A stretch of DNA of 64,000 bases, taken from the NCBI GenBank assembly GCA_964539655.1, contig CAZIJH010000002.1:80813-144812 (forward strand). The letters run 5' to 3'. Below the pieces are notes generated by a model, which was not told where the DNA came from, did no database searches, and saw only the letters and a program-made list of their open reading frames with translations. Each line of letters begins with the position of its first letter. Positions within the stretch are counted from its first letter, which is position 1. This document shows, piece by piece, positions 34,092 to 43,844 of this stretch. The translations under genes were made by a program, and so were the position numbers. This DNA comes from an uncultured archaeon. Lineage in GTDB: Archaea; Aenigmatarchaeota; Aenigmatarchaeia; CG10238-14; SCSR01.

Positions 34092-34946
34092 CTACTTGTT
34101 AATTATTTCCTCGAACTTCTTTAAATTCGGATCGTCGTTGACGGGGATCCACATCTCGGAAGGCAGAAGGACCTTAAGCATCTTTCCTGACTGCGCAATC
34201 TTTTTCAGGATTGTCCTCTCGATTTTTATTTCCTTGCCGGACTCGAGTTCATTTATCATCGGCAAAACATTTTCGCTCAGCCAGAAAATTCCTATGTTCG
34301 AATCTTTATTGATGAACGGCTTCTCGACAAAATCGACAACTTTCCCGTCATGATCGATGACCTCTCCGTAAGGATAAACGGTTCCCGGCACGCATATGAC
34401 TATCGCATCGAATCCGGCAGACTTGGCTGCCTGGGTTATCTTGAAAAAATCTTTCGGGAAATTTTCGTAGCCGACAATCTCGTCGTCAGGAAAATGATTC
34501 ACGAATTCCTTGCTTATCACGCCGTCCTCGATCGCGAGCTTCAGCGCACCGCCAGATCCCAGTTTTTTGTCTTCGATAGAATATTTAATCTGAACGCCGA
34601 ATTTTTTCCCGTCACCGTAATAATCTTTTATCGAATCACCTTTCTGCGAGTTGTCGGTGAGGAACGCGAAATTTTTGAATCCGGAATTTCTCCACAGATC
34701 GAAAACGTACCTGCTCAGCGGGTGGTCGCCGATTCCGATCATGTGCTTTGAAAATTGGTCCTTGGTTACGTGAAGCAACCTAGTTCCGCTTCCTCCCATG
34801 AGAAAAACTATTTGTACGTTTCCATTGTTCGTGTCGTGAATTTTCAAGTTGACGCTTGGATCAACATAGAGGTGCTCTCCGACCTTTTGGTAGTTGTGAT
34901 TGAGCCAATTTTCTGTTTTTTCGATGTTTACCATTTCGTGTGCCAT
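34092..34946 (-). CDS. Sugar-1-phosphate nucleotidyltransferase
   Basis: N-terminal NTP_transferase motif VFLMGGSGTRLLHVT (GxGTRL). About 280 aa. Confidence 0.7.
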   Translation of the reverse strand: MAHEMVNIEKTENWLNHNYQKVGEHLYVDPSVNLKIHDTNNGNVQIVFLMGGSGTRLLHVTKDQFSKHMIGIGDHPLSRYVFDLWRNSGFKNFAFLTDNSQKGDSIKDYYGDGKKFGVQIKYSIEDKKLGSGGALKLAIEDGVISKEFVNHFPDDEIVGYENFPKDFFKITQAAKSAGFDAIVICVPGTVYPYGEVIDHDGKVVDFVEKPFINKDSNIGIFWLSENVLPMINELESGKEIKIERTILKKIAQSGKMLKVLLPSEMWIPVNDDPNLKKFEEIINK

Positions 34947-35732
34947 TCAGATCACTTTGATGTCTATCCTTACTTTCCATTTCCTCGGCGCGTACGGAAG
35001 AACCGACTGCCTGCCGATTATTCTGTATTTCTTGCCAATCTTCTTAAACTCATCTTTTATTTTCATTTCGACGTCCTTGAAAAGATTTTTTTCCTCGCTG
35101 ACGGCGTAAAGGTTGATAATCCCCTTTTTCTTTTTCAGGCACCCTACTGCGACATCCAAAAATTCCAAGGCCTGCAACGGCAGAGGCATTATGACTCTGT
35201 CGGATTTTCCTAAAAATTCTTTCGGAATTTTTCTCGCATCTGCATTGATCGGAACTATGATGTGCGAAAGCTTGTTGATTCTCGCGTTCTCTTCGGTGTA
35301 TTTTGTCCCGTGCTTGTTTATCTCGACAGCGAAAATTTTCTCGACAGGCTTCCTCTTCGCGATCGCCACGGCAAACACCCCGACGCCCGCAAACAGCAGC
35401 ATCACGGTCTCGTTTTTCTTTACCTGGCCCGCGATCCTCTGGCGTTCTGTAGATTCCCTCGGTGAAAAATAAACTTTCTGCGGGTCGACTTTTATTGCGT
35501 ACCCGTATTCCTTGTGCAGCACTTCGGTATTTTTGTCGCCAGCCACAAATTTGTAATCTCTCAATCTCACTGTACCTTTTCTCGAAGAAGTTTTTTTCAG
35601 AACGGATTTCACTATCTTGTTTTCCAGCATTATCTTTTCCGCAATCTTTTTTTCGTTCTTCGACTCGGAGTCGTCAACTTCGATTATCGCTACCGCTTTT
35701 TCTCCAGACCCTATTATGTCGAAACTTTTCAT
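34947..35732 (-). CDS. trm5: tRNA (guanine37-N1)-methyltransferase Trm5 / Met-10+ family
   Basis: FDIIGSGEKAVAIIEV, KVYFSPRESTERQRI, SAM motif VMLLFAGVGVFAVAIA, and DRVIMPLP. Confidence 0.8.
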   Translation of the reverse strand: MKSFDIIGSGEKAVAIIEVDDSESKNEKKIAEKIMLENKIVKSVLKKTSSRKGTVRLRDYKFVAGDKNTEVLHKEYGYAIKVDPQKVYFSPRESTERQRIAGQVKKNETVMLLFAGVGVFAVAIAKRKPVEKIFAVEINKHGTKYTEENARINKLSHIIVPINADARKIPKEFLGKSDRVIMPLPLQALEFLDVAVGCLKKKKGIINLYAVSEEKNLFKDVEMKIKDEFKKIGKKYRIIGRQSVLPYAPRKWKVRIDIKVI

Positions 35733-35799
35733 TGCAAATCAGCTGATAATTATTTGGTCTAGGCAATTGATTTAAACATGCGATTACTGGATTTGTTGT

Positions 35800-36588
35800 A
35801 TGCTCACACTGGTTGGCCTAGGATTGAATGACGAGCGCGACATAACATTGAAAGGGATCGACGCCGCGAAGAACGCCGACAAAGTCTACGCCGAGCTCTA
35901 TACCGGAAAATGGAAGGGTGACTTCGAGAAGCTTTCGGAAAATTTCGGCAAGAAAATAATCCAGCTTCAGAGAAAGGATCTAGAGGAGAGTTCAGAAAAA
36001 ATTTTGGAGGAGGCCAAATCAAAAAATATTGTAATTCTAGTTCAGGGAGATCCGCTGGTCGCGACGACCCATTCTTCGCTAATCGTTGACGCAAAGAAAA
36101 ATAAGATCGAAACAAAGGTAATTCACAATTCATCCATCTTTTCTGCCGTCGCGGAAACCGGACTGCACATCTACAAATTCGGTTCCACAGTTACGATTCC
36201 GTTTCTGGAAAAAACAAAAGGGCTGCTTCCGGAATCTGTTTACATTACGATAAAGGAAAACAAATCGCGCGGACTGCACACGATGTGCCTGCTGGATGTT
36301 TCGGCCGAAGATAAAAAATTCATGGCGCCGAAAGAAGCCCTTGAAATTATTTTGAAGATGGAAGACGAGTTCGGCGAAAAAATCATAGACGAAAATTCCG
36401 AGACAGTTGTCCTTTCTTCCGCTGGGAGCGATTCGAGAAAAATTTTCTCAGGAAAAATTTCAGACGCAGTGAAAATGGATTTCGAGACTCCGTGCGTTTT
36501 GGTGATCCCGGGAAATCTGCACTTCTCGGAAAAGGAGATTTTGGAAATATATAATGAAGAATATAAATGTTTATATACTGATAAGTAG
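35800..36588 (+). CDS. dph5: Diphthine synthase
   Basis: MLTLVGLGLNDERDITLKGIDAAKNADKVYAELYT and VILVQGDPLVATTH are typical tetrapyrrole-methylase-fold Dph5 motifs. 262 aa. Confidence 0.9.
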   Translation: MLTLVGLGLNDERDITLKGIDAAKNADKVYAELYTGKWKGDFEKLSENFGKKIIQLQRKDLEESSEKILEEAKSKNIVILVQGDPLVATTHSSLIVDAKKNKIETKVIHNSSIFSAVAETGLHIYKFGSTVTIPFLEKTKGLLPESVYITIKENKSRGLHTMCLLDVSAEDKKFMAPKEALEIILKMEDEFGEKIIDENSETVVLSSAGSDSRKIFSGKISDAVKMDFETPCVLVIPGNLHFSEKEILEIYNEEYKCLYTDK

Positions 36589-36594
36589 TAACAG

Positions 36595-37080
36595 ATGCAT
36601 ATGTCACAAGAATACAGAAGCACAGAGGAAGCAAGTGAAAAATTGAATTCTACTTTGAAAAATCTCAACGAAGTTTTGACATCAAAAAAAGAAACAGACA
36701 AAGTAATTAGCGATATCGGACAACTCCAAATGCTTCTTTATGGGGACGGAAAGGAACAGGAAGGATTTATTCCAGGCGTTTTAAACGGTGCGAACCACAA
36801 CACTCAGGGTTTTATGAACTTGGATGCGTTATACGAAAAAATTAGACCTTTGATAGATTCTATCAACCAGAAAATAGGTAAGAAATACAAGTTCAATTTC
36901 GGCGGTCTAAAAGCTATTTTGAACAAAGACAACTACTTGAAACCAATTAATTATTTGTTTGGAAAAGCTGAGTCTGCACTTCAGACACTGATTCCTTTGT
37001 ACAAGGAACAAATTTTACAAGATAGGGACAGTACAGTAAAGGCTTACAACAGTTTCTTAGCAAAATACAAGCTTACGTAA
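36595..37080 (+). CDS. Hypothetical protein
   Basis: 161-aa ORF with no recognised motif. Confidence 0.35.
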   Translation: MHMSQEYRSTEEASEKLNSTLKNLNEVLTSKKETDKVISDIGQLQMLLYGDGKEQEGFIPGVLNGANHNTQGFMNLDALYEKIRPLIDSINQKIGKKYKFNFGGLKAILNKDNYLKPINYLFGKAESALQTLIPLYKEQILQDRDSTVKAYNSFLAKYKLT

Positions 37081-37082
37081 AA

Positions 37083-37682
37083 TTACTTGCCCGCGGAAGC
37101 AGAGTGTACGCTGTTGCCACTACTTTTGTTAATCCAGTAGATTGCCAGTCCAGTTACCACGACGACTATGATAATCCCCAGGTCCTGAGAGCTTATTCCG
37201 GGTAAATAAAATGACGGCGCTCCGTATCCTCCTCCTCCGATCCCTCCGAGATTTATTCCTGGAAATACAGCCGCGCCTCCGCTCGTTATGAAGACTCCGA
37301 TTCCGAGTATGGCCGCAATTCCTACAATCAGTCCGACATACTTTCCGAAATCAGGCTGCTCCTTGCCCGTGAGAGGTATGAAGAGCATGAACATCACTAT
37401 GAGGAACGAGAGTATTGTCAGAACTATCATCAACGTTCCGGCAAAAAGGTTTGATATGAAAGTCGAGATCTGCATCGCGGCCGGACCCACAGGAGTGAAG
37501 ACCATCACGAAAAGCGACGCGGACAGGGCAATTATCAGATTGATGTTTTTGGCTTCCTTGCCGAAAATCTTAGTCCTGTCGAGAAGTCCGTACAAAATCG
37601 CGAAAGTTATGATGAACGGAAGGTAGAACTGGAATATTCCCAAGTCCTTTCCCATTGCGATTAAATCCGAAATTCCTGCCAT
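37083..37682 (-). CDS. Polytopic membrane protein, paralogue 1 of a five-member tandem family
   Basis: The N-terminus MAGISDLIAMGKDLGIFQFYLPFIITFAILYGLLDRTKIFG shares the family motif (L/F)PF(I/M/L)x(T/S)xAI(F/L)YxL(L/I)x(K/R)(S/T)xxxG. It has 4-5 TM helices and a Gly-rich loop. Confidence 0.6.
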   Translation of the reverse strand: MAGISDLIAMGKDLGIFQFYLPFIITFAILYGLLDRTKIFGKEAKNINLIIALSASLFVMVFTPVGPAAMQISTFISNLFAGTLMIVLTILSFLIVMFMLFIPLTGKEQPDFGKYVGLIVGIAAILGIGVFITSGGAAVFPGINLGGIGGGGYGAPSFYLPGISSQDLGIIIVVVVTGLAIYWINKSSGNSVHSASAGK

Positions 37683-37689
37683 TTTTCAT

Positions 37690-38268
37690 TCAACTCTTCT
37701 TTCCGCCACCGAATCCAACTATCGCCGCGACGGACACGGCTAAAATAATTAGCACAATCAAAGTTAATATTGTTTCCTCTGAGAGACCCTGGCCGCCCGG
37801 ACCGCCGAGAGAAGGCAAAAGTATTCCTCCGGGGATTATGAGATTCACTAGGCCGCTGGATATCAGCACGCCTGCGGCGATCAGAACTCCGAAAATCACA
37901 ACGATTCCAGAACCCTTCTTGTCGAAAAGTTTCTGTCCGAGGGACGCGGCAAGATCTTCGGGAAGGAACATTCCCGTTATGAGAAGACCGACCACGATGA
38001 CCATCATCATCGATATTGCCTGCAGGAAAAACGCGGAAAGAGATTTTTCTATGTTTATTCCGAGAATCACCGGAGAAGCCCAGACCATGAAAGCCGCGAC
38101 AAGAGAAACTATCGTGTTGACCGCGACGTTCTCCTCGGCCTTTCCGAAAAGCCTTGATTTCCTGATTAGGCCGTAGAAAATCGCGGCAGTGAGCATGAAC
38201 GGGAACAGGAACTGGAAAGCCCCGAGGCTCTGCAGTTTCAGAATGACGATTTCAAACGGGGTTGGCAT
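37690..38268 (-). CDS. Polytopic membrane protein, paralogue 2
   Basis: MPTPFEIVILKLQSLGAFQFLFPFMLTAAIFYGLIRKSRLFG. Same architecture as its neighbours. Confidence 0.6.
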   Translation of the reverse strand: MPTPFEIVILKLQSLGAFQFLFPFMLTAAIFYGLIRKSRLFGKAEENVAVNTIVSLVAAFMVWASPVILGINIEKSLSAFFLQAISMMMVIVVGLLITGMFLPEDLAASLGQKLFDKKGSGIVVIFGVLIAAGVLISSGLVNLIIPGGILLPSLGGPGGQGLSEETILTLIVLIILAVSVAAIVGFGGGKKS

Positions 38269-38823
38269 CTATCCCGCACCGCTCCTGAATATAGAACTCG
38301 CGATGAGTATCAGCACCACGAAAATAATTAGGGCCGAAACGATTAATATTATGTCTGTCGGAGCCGACGGAGTAGTCGGGGTCTTTCCTGTCGCAGCAGG
38401 ATTCGCTCCCAGCGTGAATATCTGCACCATTCCGCTCGTGACGAACAGCGCCACGCCTACAGCAAGCATTTCGTACACAGTCGTCCTCTTGGTGAACTGC
38501 TCTCCCAGAACTTTCATAAGGTCGGGATAGAATACGCTCGCGAGGATCATGCCGACGACGAAAATCAAAATCCACGCTGTAGCCTGAGTGAAAAACGTCG
38601 CGAGCGGAGTCGCGAAGCTGAATCCGACGAGGATCGGGAAGCCGAGAATCATGAACGAGAGGGAAAGCGCGACGAAAGAATTCGTGACGATCGACTCTCC
38701 AAGTATCCTGGATTTTTTCAGAAGAGCGTAAAATATCGCGGCGCTGATGATGAACGGAAACAGGTAGTCGTAAAATCCGAGCTCAACCATTTTCTGCACA
38801 ACGATCTCGAACGGGTTCGCCAT
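38269..38823 (-). CDS. Polytopic membrane protein, paralogue 3
   Basis: MANPFEIVVQKMVELGFYDYLFPFIISAAIFYALLKKSRILG. Directly abuts paralogue 2 (stop and start adjacent). Confidence 0.6.
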   Translation of the reverse strand: MANPFEIVVQKMVELGFYDYLFPFIISAAIFYALLKKSRILGESIVTNSFVALSLSFMILGFPILVGFSFATPLATFFTQATAWILIFVVGMILASVFYPDLMKVLGEQFTKRTTVYEMLAVGVALFVTSGMVQIFTLGANPAATGKTPTTPSAPTDIILIVSALIIFVVLILIASSIFRSGAG

Positions 38824-38877
38824 TTTATCCTAATAGAAATTTGTTTTTCAGAATTTATTAAGCAATCGTGCTGCAAA

Positions 38878-39348
38878 TCAGGAATGCATTATGGTGTCTT
38901 CGTCCTCTTCGAGCCTTTTCAGCTGCTCGTAGACCGCGTGCATCTTGTCCTTGTCATTCTTTTCCTTGGCCTTGTTCAATTCCTTCCTGAGTTCCGCCTT
39001 CTGCTTCCTTATGATTTTCAGCTTGCCCCACTTCGGCATGTTCTCGCTGTATATGTCGGCCGTCTTTCCTGTCGCATACATGCCAATTCCGAGGATGAAA
39101 ATTATGCCGAACGCTATCAATGCAGTATAGCCTCCGAGCTGCGATACGAATACCGTGAACGTTGCGAAATACGGAGTGCTTGCGACGAGGATGGAAATAA
39201 CGATCGAAATTACGAAGCTTATCTTCTTGTCGAAAAGTTTCAGCATGGAAACCATTCCGAAGAGCACGGCGAAAATGAGCAGGAACGGAAGAATGAAATT
39301 GTACAGAAGGTCGGCCGGGATGATCCGCGCGTAGTCAGTCAAAGCCAT
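38878..39348 (-). CDS. Membrane protein, paralogue 4 (shorter, charged coiled-coil tail)
   Basis: MALTDYARIIPADLLYNFILPFLLIFAVLFGMVSMLKLFDKK. The C-terminus is KQKAELRKELNKAKEKNDKDKMHAVYEQLKRLEEDED. Confidence 0.55.
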   Translation of the reverse strand: MALTDYARIIPADLLYNFILPFLLIFAVLFGMVSMLKLFDKKISFVISIVISILVASTPYFATFTVFVSQLGGYTALIAFGIIFILGIGMYATGKTADIYSENMPKWGKLKIIRKQKAELRKELNKAKEKNDKDKMHAVYEQLKRLEEDEDTIMHS

Positions 39349-39425
39349 AAAGAAAATTGTTCTTCAACGCCTATATTCTTTAGCCGGGCAACGTTTTTTA
39401 TATTCTTTTAATCACAATTTCTTTT

Positions 39426-40151
39426 ATGAAAAAAGTCATCGCAGGTTTTCTTGGCGCGTTCATTTCGATTTCGATTTTAACTAATGTTGTTCTGGCTCAA
39501 GGATTGGAAAATCCGGCGAAATTTCCGGTCGTTTTGAACAGCGACATGACGAGCTTCCTTACCAAAATCCTTAACATTCCTAGCGAGTGGCTGACCGGAA
39601 ACGCAATTCTGTTCAACGTATTCCTTCCGTTCCTTGCAATTTTCATGATAGTTCTGGGATTCATGAAGACGCTAAGAATTTTCCAGACAAGCGGAGCCAT
39701 ACAGTGGGTTCTGTCTTTCCTGATCGCGTTCATGACATTTCCAACTTCCGCATTTTTGTACATAGTCAGCTTCTTCCTCCAGCTGTCTGGAGTTGTTGCT
39801 GTTCTAGGATTCGTCGCGCTGTTCATCGGAGGAGTAGCGCTGACCACAGGATTGGGGATAAGAAAAAGGCAGTGGAGATATGAAAGAGCTGGGCATCTCA
39901 AGGATGTTTACAAAAATACTCTTCTGAGTTCTAAAAGGGAAGTCGATAACATGGACAAGAGAATAGAACAAATCGAGGACAGGATTGAAGACATAAGGAC
40001 GATAAGATTGCCTGCGGCCGCTGGCGATGCGAATTTGGTAAACTCGTTGAACGCAGAAATAAAACAGTTGGAAGACAAGAAAAAAGAATTTGCAGTAAGG
40101 TTGAAAGAACTAATCAAACAGGCGCAAGACATTCAAAGGTCGAAACTATAG
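39426..40151 (+). CDS. Membrane protein, divergent paralogue 5 with signal-like N-terminus and coiled-coil tail
   Basis: MKKVIAGFLGAFISISILTNVVLAQ is followed by NAILFNVFLPFLAIFMIVLGFMKTLRIFQ (the family motif), more TM helices, and a charged C-terminal coiled coil (IEQIEDRIEDIRT...IKQLEDKKKEF). Confidence 0.55.
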   Translation: MKKVIAGFLGAFISISILTNVVLAQGLENPAKFPVVLNSDMTSFLTKILNIPSEWLTGNAILFNVFLPFLAIFMIVLGFMKTLRIFQTSGAIQWVLSFLIAFMTFPTSAFLYIVSFFLQLSGVVAVLGFVALFIGGVALTTGLGIRKRQWRYERAGHLKDVYKNTLLSSKREVDNMDKRIEQIEDRIEDIRTIRLPAAAGDANLVNSLNAEIKQLEDKKKEFAVRLKELIKQAQDIQRSKL

Positions 40152-40165
40152 ACCTTTTACGGAAA

Positions 40166-41347
40166 TTATTTTCTAACTTTGTTGTAAACTTCTATAACTC
40201 TGTCCGCTATCCTGTCAAGCGAATATTTTTCAGTCGCAACTTTCTTCACTGTCTCCGCGTTTTTCTTGGCCCTTTCAGGGTTGTCCATGATCCAATTCAC
40301 ATTCTTTGCTATCTGGTCGGGGCGATGCGGCTCGATTCCATATGCGAGCATCGGATCAACGAAAAACTCGTGCGGACCTTCTATGTCAGAAACCACTACT
40401 GGAGTTCCCATCATCATCGCTTCAAGAGCGACCAGGCCGAAAGATTCTTTGTACGTCGGCAAAACAAGAACGTCCGACGCCTTGTAAAATGCCGCCAGCT
40501 CCCTTTTCGGAACCCATTTGCTGAAGTATACGCTGCCTTGAAGATTGTTCGCTGACGCGCAATTCAAAATTTCTTTTTTCGCTTCCCCTTCCCCTACAAA
40601 AAGTAGCGAAGAATTTTCGTGCCCGTCCTTGACTTCGCGGAACGCTTCTGTGAGATCGAGAACGCCTTTGTCTCTCACGAGCCTGCCAGCGAACATAGCG
40701 ATTTTTCCATCCGGATATTGCCGATTGAAATTCCTTTTTTTAATTTCTCCCAATCCTGCGACCTTTGGATCAGAATTGAACTTGTAGAAATTCGATCCGT
40801 TCGGAATAACGTCGGATTTGTGCGCAATAGAAATTTCCGGATGATAAAATTTGCTGAGATCGACGTACGACTTGGACGGACAAATTATCCTGTCTGCCAA
40901 ATCCATGAGAGCAAGCTGATTTTCAGAATACCTTTTGTATCCCTGCAAAAATCTTTGCCTTTCGTTGTCGGGCATTAAATCCAATTTCGGTTTCATCTCT
41001 CCGAGAAGCTCGTGTGAAATAAGGCTATGCATCAGATAGACAATGCTCGCATTCGTCAGACTTTTTGTCATTCGAAATTCATGCGGGGACATCGTGCACG
41101 AATTGAAATGAAGCACGTCGTATTTCTTGAGATTCACGTGTTCTGTGTCGTTCATGAATCTTTGCCAATTCCCAAACTGGAATGTCCTGCCGTTTTGTTC
41201 GTAAGTGACAGCTCCATACGGATTGTTGTAGACAGCATCGGCCTGAATACCCCTTTCCTCAAGAGACTGCTTCAAGTCTTTTGCGACCTCGGTCGCACCG
41301 CCGTTCCCGTTCCAGTTGAAAAATAGCACGTTTTGGAAGTCCCTCAT
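40166..41347 (-). CDS. Family 4 glycosyltransferase
   Basis: LVLPTYKESFGLVALEAMMMGTPVVVSD is the GT4 E-x7-E region. 393 aa. Confidence 0.85.
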   Translation of the reverse strand: MRDFQNVLFFNWNGNGGATEVAKDLKQSLEERGIQADAVYNNPYGAVTYEQNGRTFQFGNWQRFMNDTEHVNLKKYDVLHFNSCTMSPHEFRMTKSLTNASIVYLMHSLISHELLGEMKPKLDLMPDNERQRFLQGYKRYSENQLALMDLADRIICPSKSYVDLSKFYHPEISIAHKSDVIPNGSNFYKFNSDPKVAGLGEIKKRNFNRQYPDGKIAMFAGRLVRDKGVLDLTEAFREVKDGHENSSLLFVGEGEAKKEILNCASANNLQGSVYFSKWVPKRELAAFYKASDVLVLPTYKESFGLVALEAMMMGTPVVVSDIEGPHEFFVDPMLAYGIEPHRPDQIAKNVNWIMDNPERAKKNAETVKKVATEKYSLDRIADRVIEVYNKVRK

Positions 41348-41348
41348 T

Positions 41349-42260
41349 TCATTCAGGCTCCTTTTTCAGAAATTCCGCGGATTTTTCCAAAAGCGACTCC
41401 CTAGACATTCCAGACACGAGCTTTGCCTTGTCGAAGAACGATTTGGCCGCATAAAATTCCGCCTCTGTTCCAAAATCGGTCCCGTATCCGGTTTCGTAAC
41501 CCTCCAAAAATTTCGCCAGCGAAGAATCGACGGAATCAGCACCGAGCAACTTGTTATACAAATGGAATTTGTTGTTCGCGAGAAACACACCAACGTCTTT
41601 TGCCACGGGCCCGATAGTTCCTTGCAAATCGATCGAATACAGACCATCCGGCTCTTGTATGAAATGCAGCAGGCTCGGATCGCCGTGAAGCATTCCAAAT
41701 TTTGAAATGTAAGATTTTTCCTTCAGCTGCTCGAGCATTCCTTTCAGTGCCGAAGCCGCTTCGCTGTCAAACTGCGCGCGGTCCAATCCGAAATAAAAAC
41801 TTCTGAATTCGTCGGTCTCTCCGAGAACATATTTTTTTTCTTCCGCGTCGATTTCGTGCAATCTCGACATCCATCCGTTGCACGCTTCTAATGATTTGTC
41901 GATGTCCGAAACTTCTTTGATATTTTCTAAGTAAGACCTTCCCAAAAGCCTCTGTTGCAAAAGGATGCCGTCTTCCGGATAAAAACCAATCAGTTCAGCC
42001 ACCTTGTAAGGAGGCTTGTCGAAACCAATCTGCCACAATTTTTTCATGCACCCTGCCTCGTTTTCCAAAAGTCGCTTCTGCGCCGGAGAAGAACCTGCAA
42101 CTTTGGCAACTAATCCCTTGTGGCGGAATTCGGGAGTGTAAAAGAAAAAAACTTGGTTGTCAATAGTCTGCATCAGGGCGCGATCCTCAATTGAAATAGG
42201 CGTGAACTCGCGAATCCTTTTCTGCAACTTTTGCACCAATTCGCTGTTCACATCAATCAT
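41349..42260 (-). CDS. Aminoglycoside/choline-kinase-like phosphotransferase (APH fold)
   Basis: Catalytic-loop-like MLHGDPSLLHFI and downstream SIDLQG (DxG). About 300 aa. Separated by 1 nt from the GT4 gene. Confidence 0.5.
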   Translation of the reverse strand: MIDVNSELVQKLQKRIREFTPISIEDRALMQTIDNQVFFFYTPEFRHKGLVAKVAGSSPAQKRLLENEAGCMKKLWQIGFDKPPYKVAELIGFYPEDGILLQQRLLGRSYLENIKEVSDIDKSLEACNGWMSRLHEIDAEEKKYVLGETDEFRSFYFGLDRAQFDSEAASALKGMLEQLKEKSYISKFGMLHGDPSLLHFIQEPDGLYSIDLQGTIGPVAKDVGVFLANNKFHLYNKLLGADSVDSSLAKFLEGYETGYGTDFGTEAEFYAAKSFFDKAKLVSGMSRESLLEKSAEFLKKEPE

Positions 42261-42327
42261 CTTCTAATTGTATCCGATAACCGACTACTTAGAGGTTGAT
42301 GATACAAAAAACATGAAATTAAAGAAT

Positions 42328-42561
42328 TCAAACTTCGTTTTTGTATCTCATTACGTCTCTCACAAGTTGTGAGACGCTCTTGGCCAATCTAAGGTCTTCA
42401 ATCGTCGGTATTCTGCCTGCAGCATTGTAAGTACCAGGCGTAGTATCCAACAGACTTCCAACCATCGCTTCCGAAGAAGTGGCTACAGTTTGATAGAAAC
42501 TGCAACCTGCTTTCTTGACGTCGCGTTTAGCTGACCAAATTTTTCCACCAGGTATGTCCAT
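42328..42561 (-). CDS. Hypothetical small protein
   Basis: 77-aa ORF with no recognised motif. Confidence 0.3.
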   Translation of the reverse strand: MDIPGGKIWSAKRDVKKAGCSFYQTVATSSEAMVGSLLDTTPGTYNAAGRIPTIEDLRLAKSVSQLVRDVMRYKNEV

Positions 42562-42680
42562 TTTATCACCTTCCAGTGAATACTAATCGGGTATATTTAA
42601 GCATTTCGATTATTCACTATATATTAGTAGTAAATTCTAGACTCGCTATATTTACCAGAATCCTCACAATTCCATTTAAG

Positions 42681-43844
42681 ATGGAAGCCGGCTATTTTGC
42701 TGAGTACGTAAATTCCGTGCTGGAATCGGACTTCTTCCCGGAAGTCTTCACCCCCATAAAAGTCGACGACTATTTTCTCGGATCCCGAAATTCGAGGCTC
42801 GAAGGGACGATCTTAGACAAGATGCTGAATTCGGACATGGACGGCGTCTGGAATTCGAAGGATTCGCGCAGTTTCGCAGAAGGATGGGTGGAAGCGATCG
42901 GAAACAAATACGGGTTTTCTGATTCGCAGAAAAAAGAAATTCTGAAAAACCTGGTCATCGCGCAGAAAACTTTCGACAGCGAAAGGGCGAAGAAAGCGAT
43001 CATGCCTCTGATCGACGCGGGGCTCACTTACGAAGCGCATATCGACGCATGCGCGTACGGCGCAAGCAATCCGAAAATAGTGCCGGGCGCGATGCAATTC
43101 AGAGATGAAATGCTGAAGTCCGGATACGCGATTGTCCTGAATTCGCTGTCGCCAATTGAAATGGTACAGATTGTCGGGCATGAAAGGCTCGGAATCCCGG
43201 CATCAAATTGTTTCGGAACCAGGCTGTTCGACGAGAATCACAAAATCCTAGCCGAGCCGGAATTCAATTTCTCTCCGACAAAAAGAATAAACACCGACGT
43301 GTACAAACCGCAGCACGGTCTCACCGAAAGAACCTTGGAAATAACATTGGGAGACGAAATTTCCGACGCGCAGATGAGATCGAGGATTGGCTTGCATCCA
43401 TTCATACTGGTCGCAAACGCAAACGACAATCTTCCGTTGGGAACGAAGTTGAAATTTCCGGAAGGGAGAGAATGCATCTTTCCGCTTGCAAAAAAGATCA
43501 AGCAGTACGAAGTCGCGTTGGTCGAAATCGCTCTCGGGAAAGATGTGAGATCGTCGTGCAGAAAAAGCCTGGAGATAAGGCGGCTGTTCGAAGAACTGAA
43601 AAACAATCAGAGCCGCGAAAAAATTTTATCCGAATCCATCAGAAATTTCATGCAGTCAAAAATTCCGGCTATGCAATACGGGTCATGCGAAAGAATCAAC
43701 AGTCTTCTGAATCGCGCTGCAATGAAATCGCAAACCGACAAAATAAAGATTTTCGAAAAAATATTGTACGAAGAACTGAAAACTTACACGTTCGAATTCG
43801 GATCCAGCGCGGAAGTTGTAGAAAAAATATCGAATTTCAATTGA
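42681..43844 (+). CDS. Hypothetical protein
   Basis: ATG at 42681 (MEAGYFAEYVNS...) within ORF 42576..43844. About 387 aa, soluble, no recognised motif. Confidence 0.45.
   Translation: MEAGYFAEYVNSVLESDFFPEVFTPIKVDDYFLGSRNSRLEGTILDKMLNSDMDGVWNSKDSRSFAEGWVEAIGNKYGFSDSQKKEILKNLVIAQKTFDSERAKKAIMPLIDAGLTYEAHIDACAYGASNPKIVPGAMQFRDEMLKSGYAIVLNSLSPIEMVQIVGHERLGIPASNCFGTRLFDENHKILAEPEFNFSPTKRINTDVYKPQHGLTERTLEITLGDEISDAQMRSRIGLHPFILVANANDNLPLGTKLKFPEGRECIFPLAKKIKQYEVALVEIALGKDVRSSCRKSLEIRRLFEELKNNQSREKILSESIRNFMQSKIPAMQYGSCERINSLLNRAAMKSQTDKIKIFEKILYEELKTYTFEFGSSAEVVEKISNFN

Noticed and set aside
42574-42625. 8-bp inverted repeat AGTGAATA ... TATTCACT in the divergent intergenic region
   Set aside because: It is short and lies in AT-rich promoter DNA, so it could easily arise by chance. 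It is not reported as a feature.
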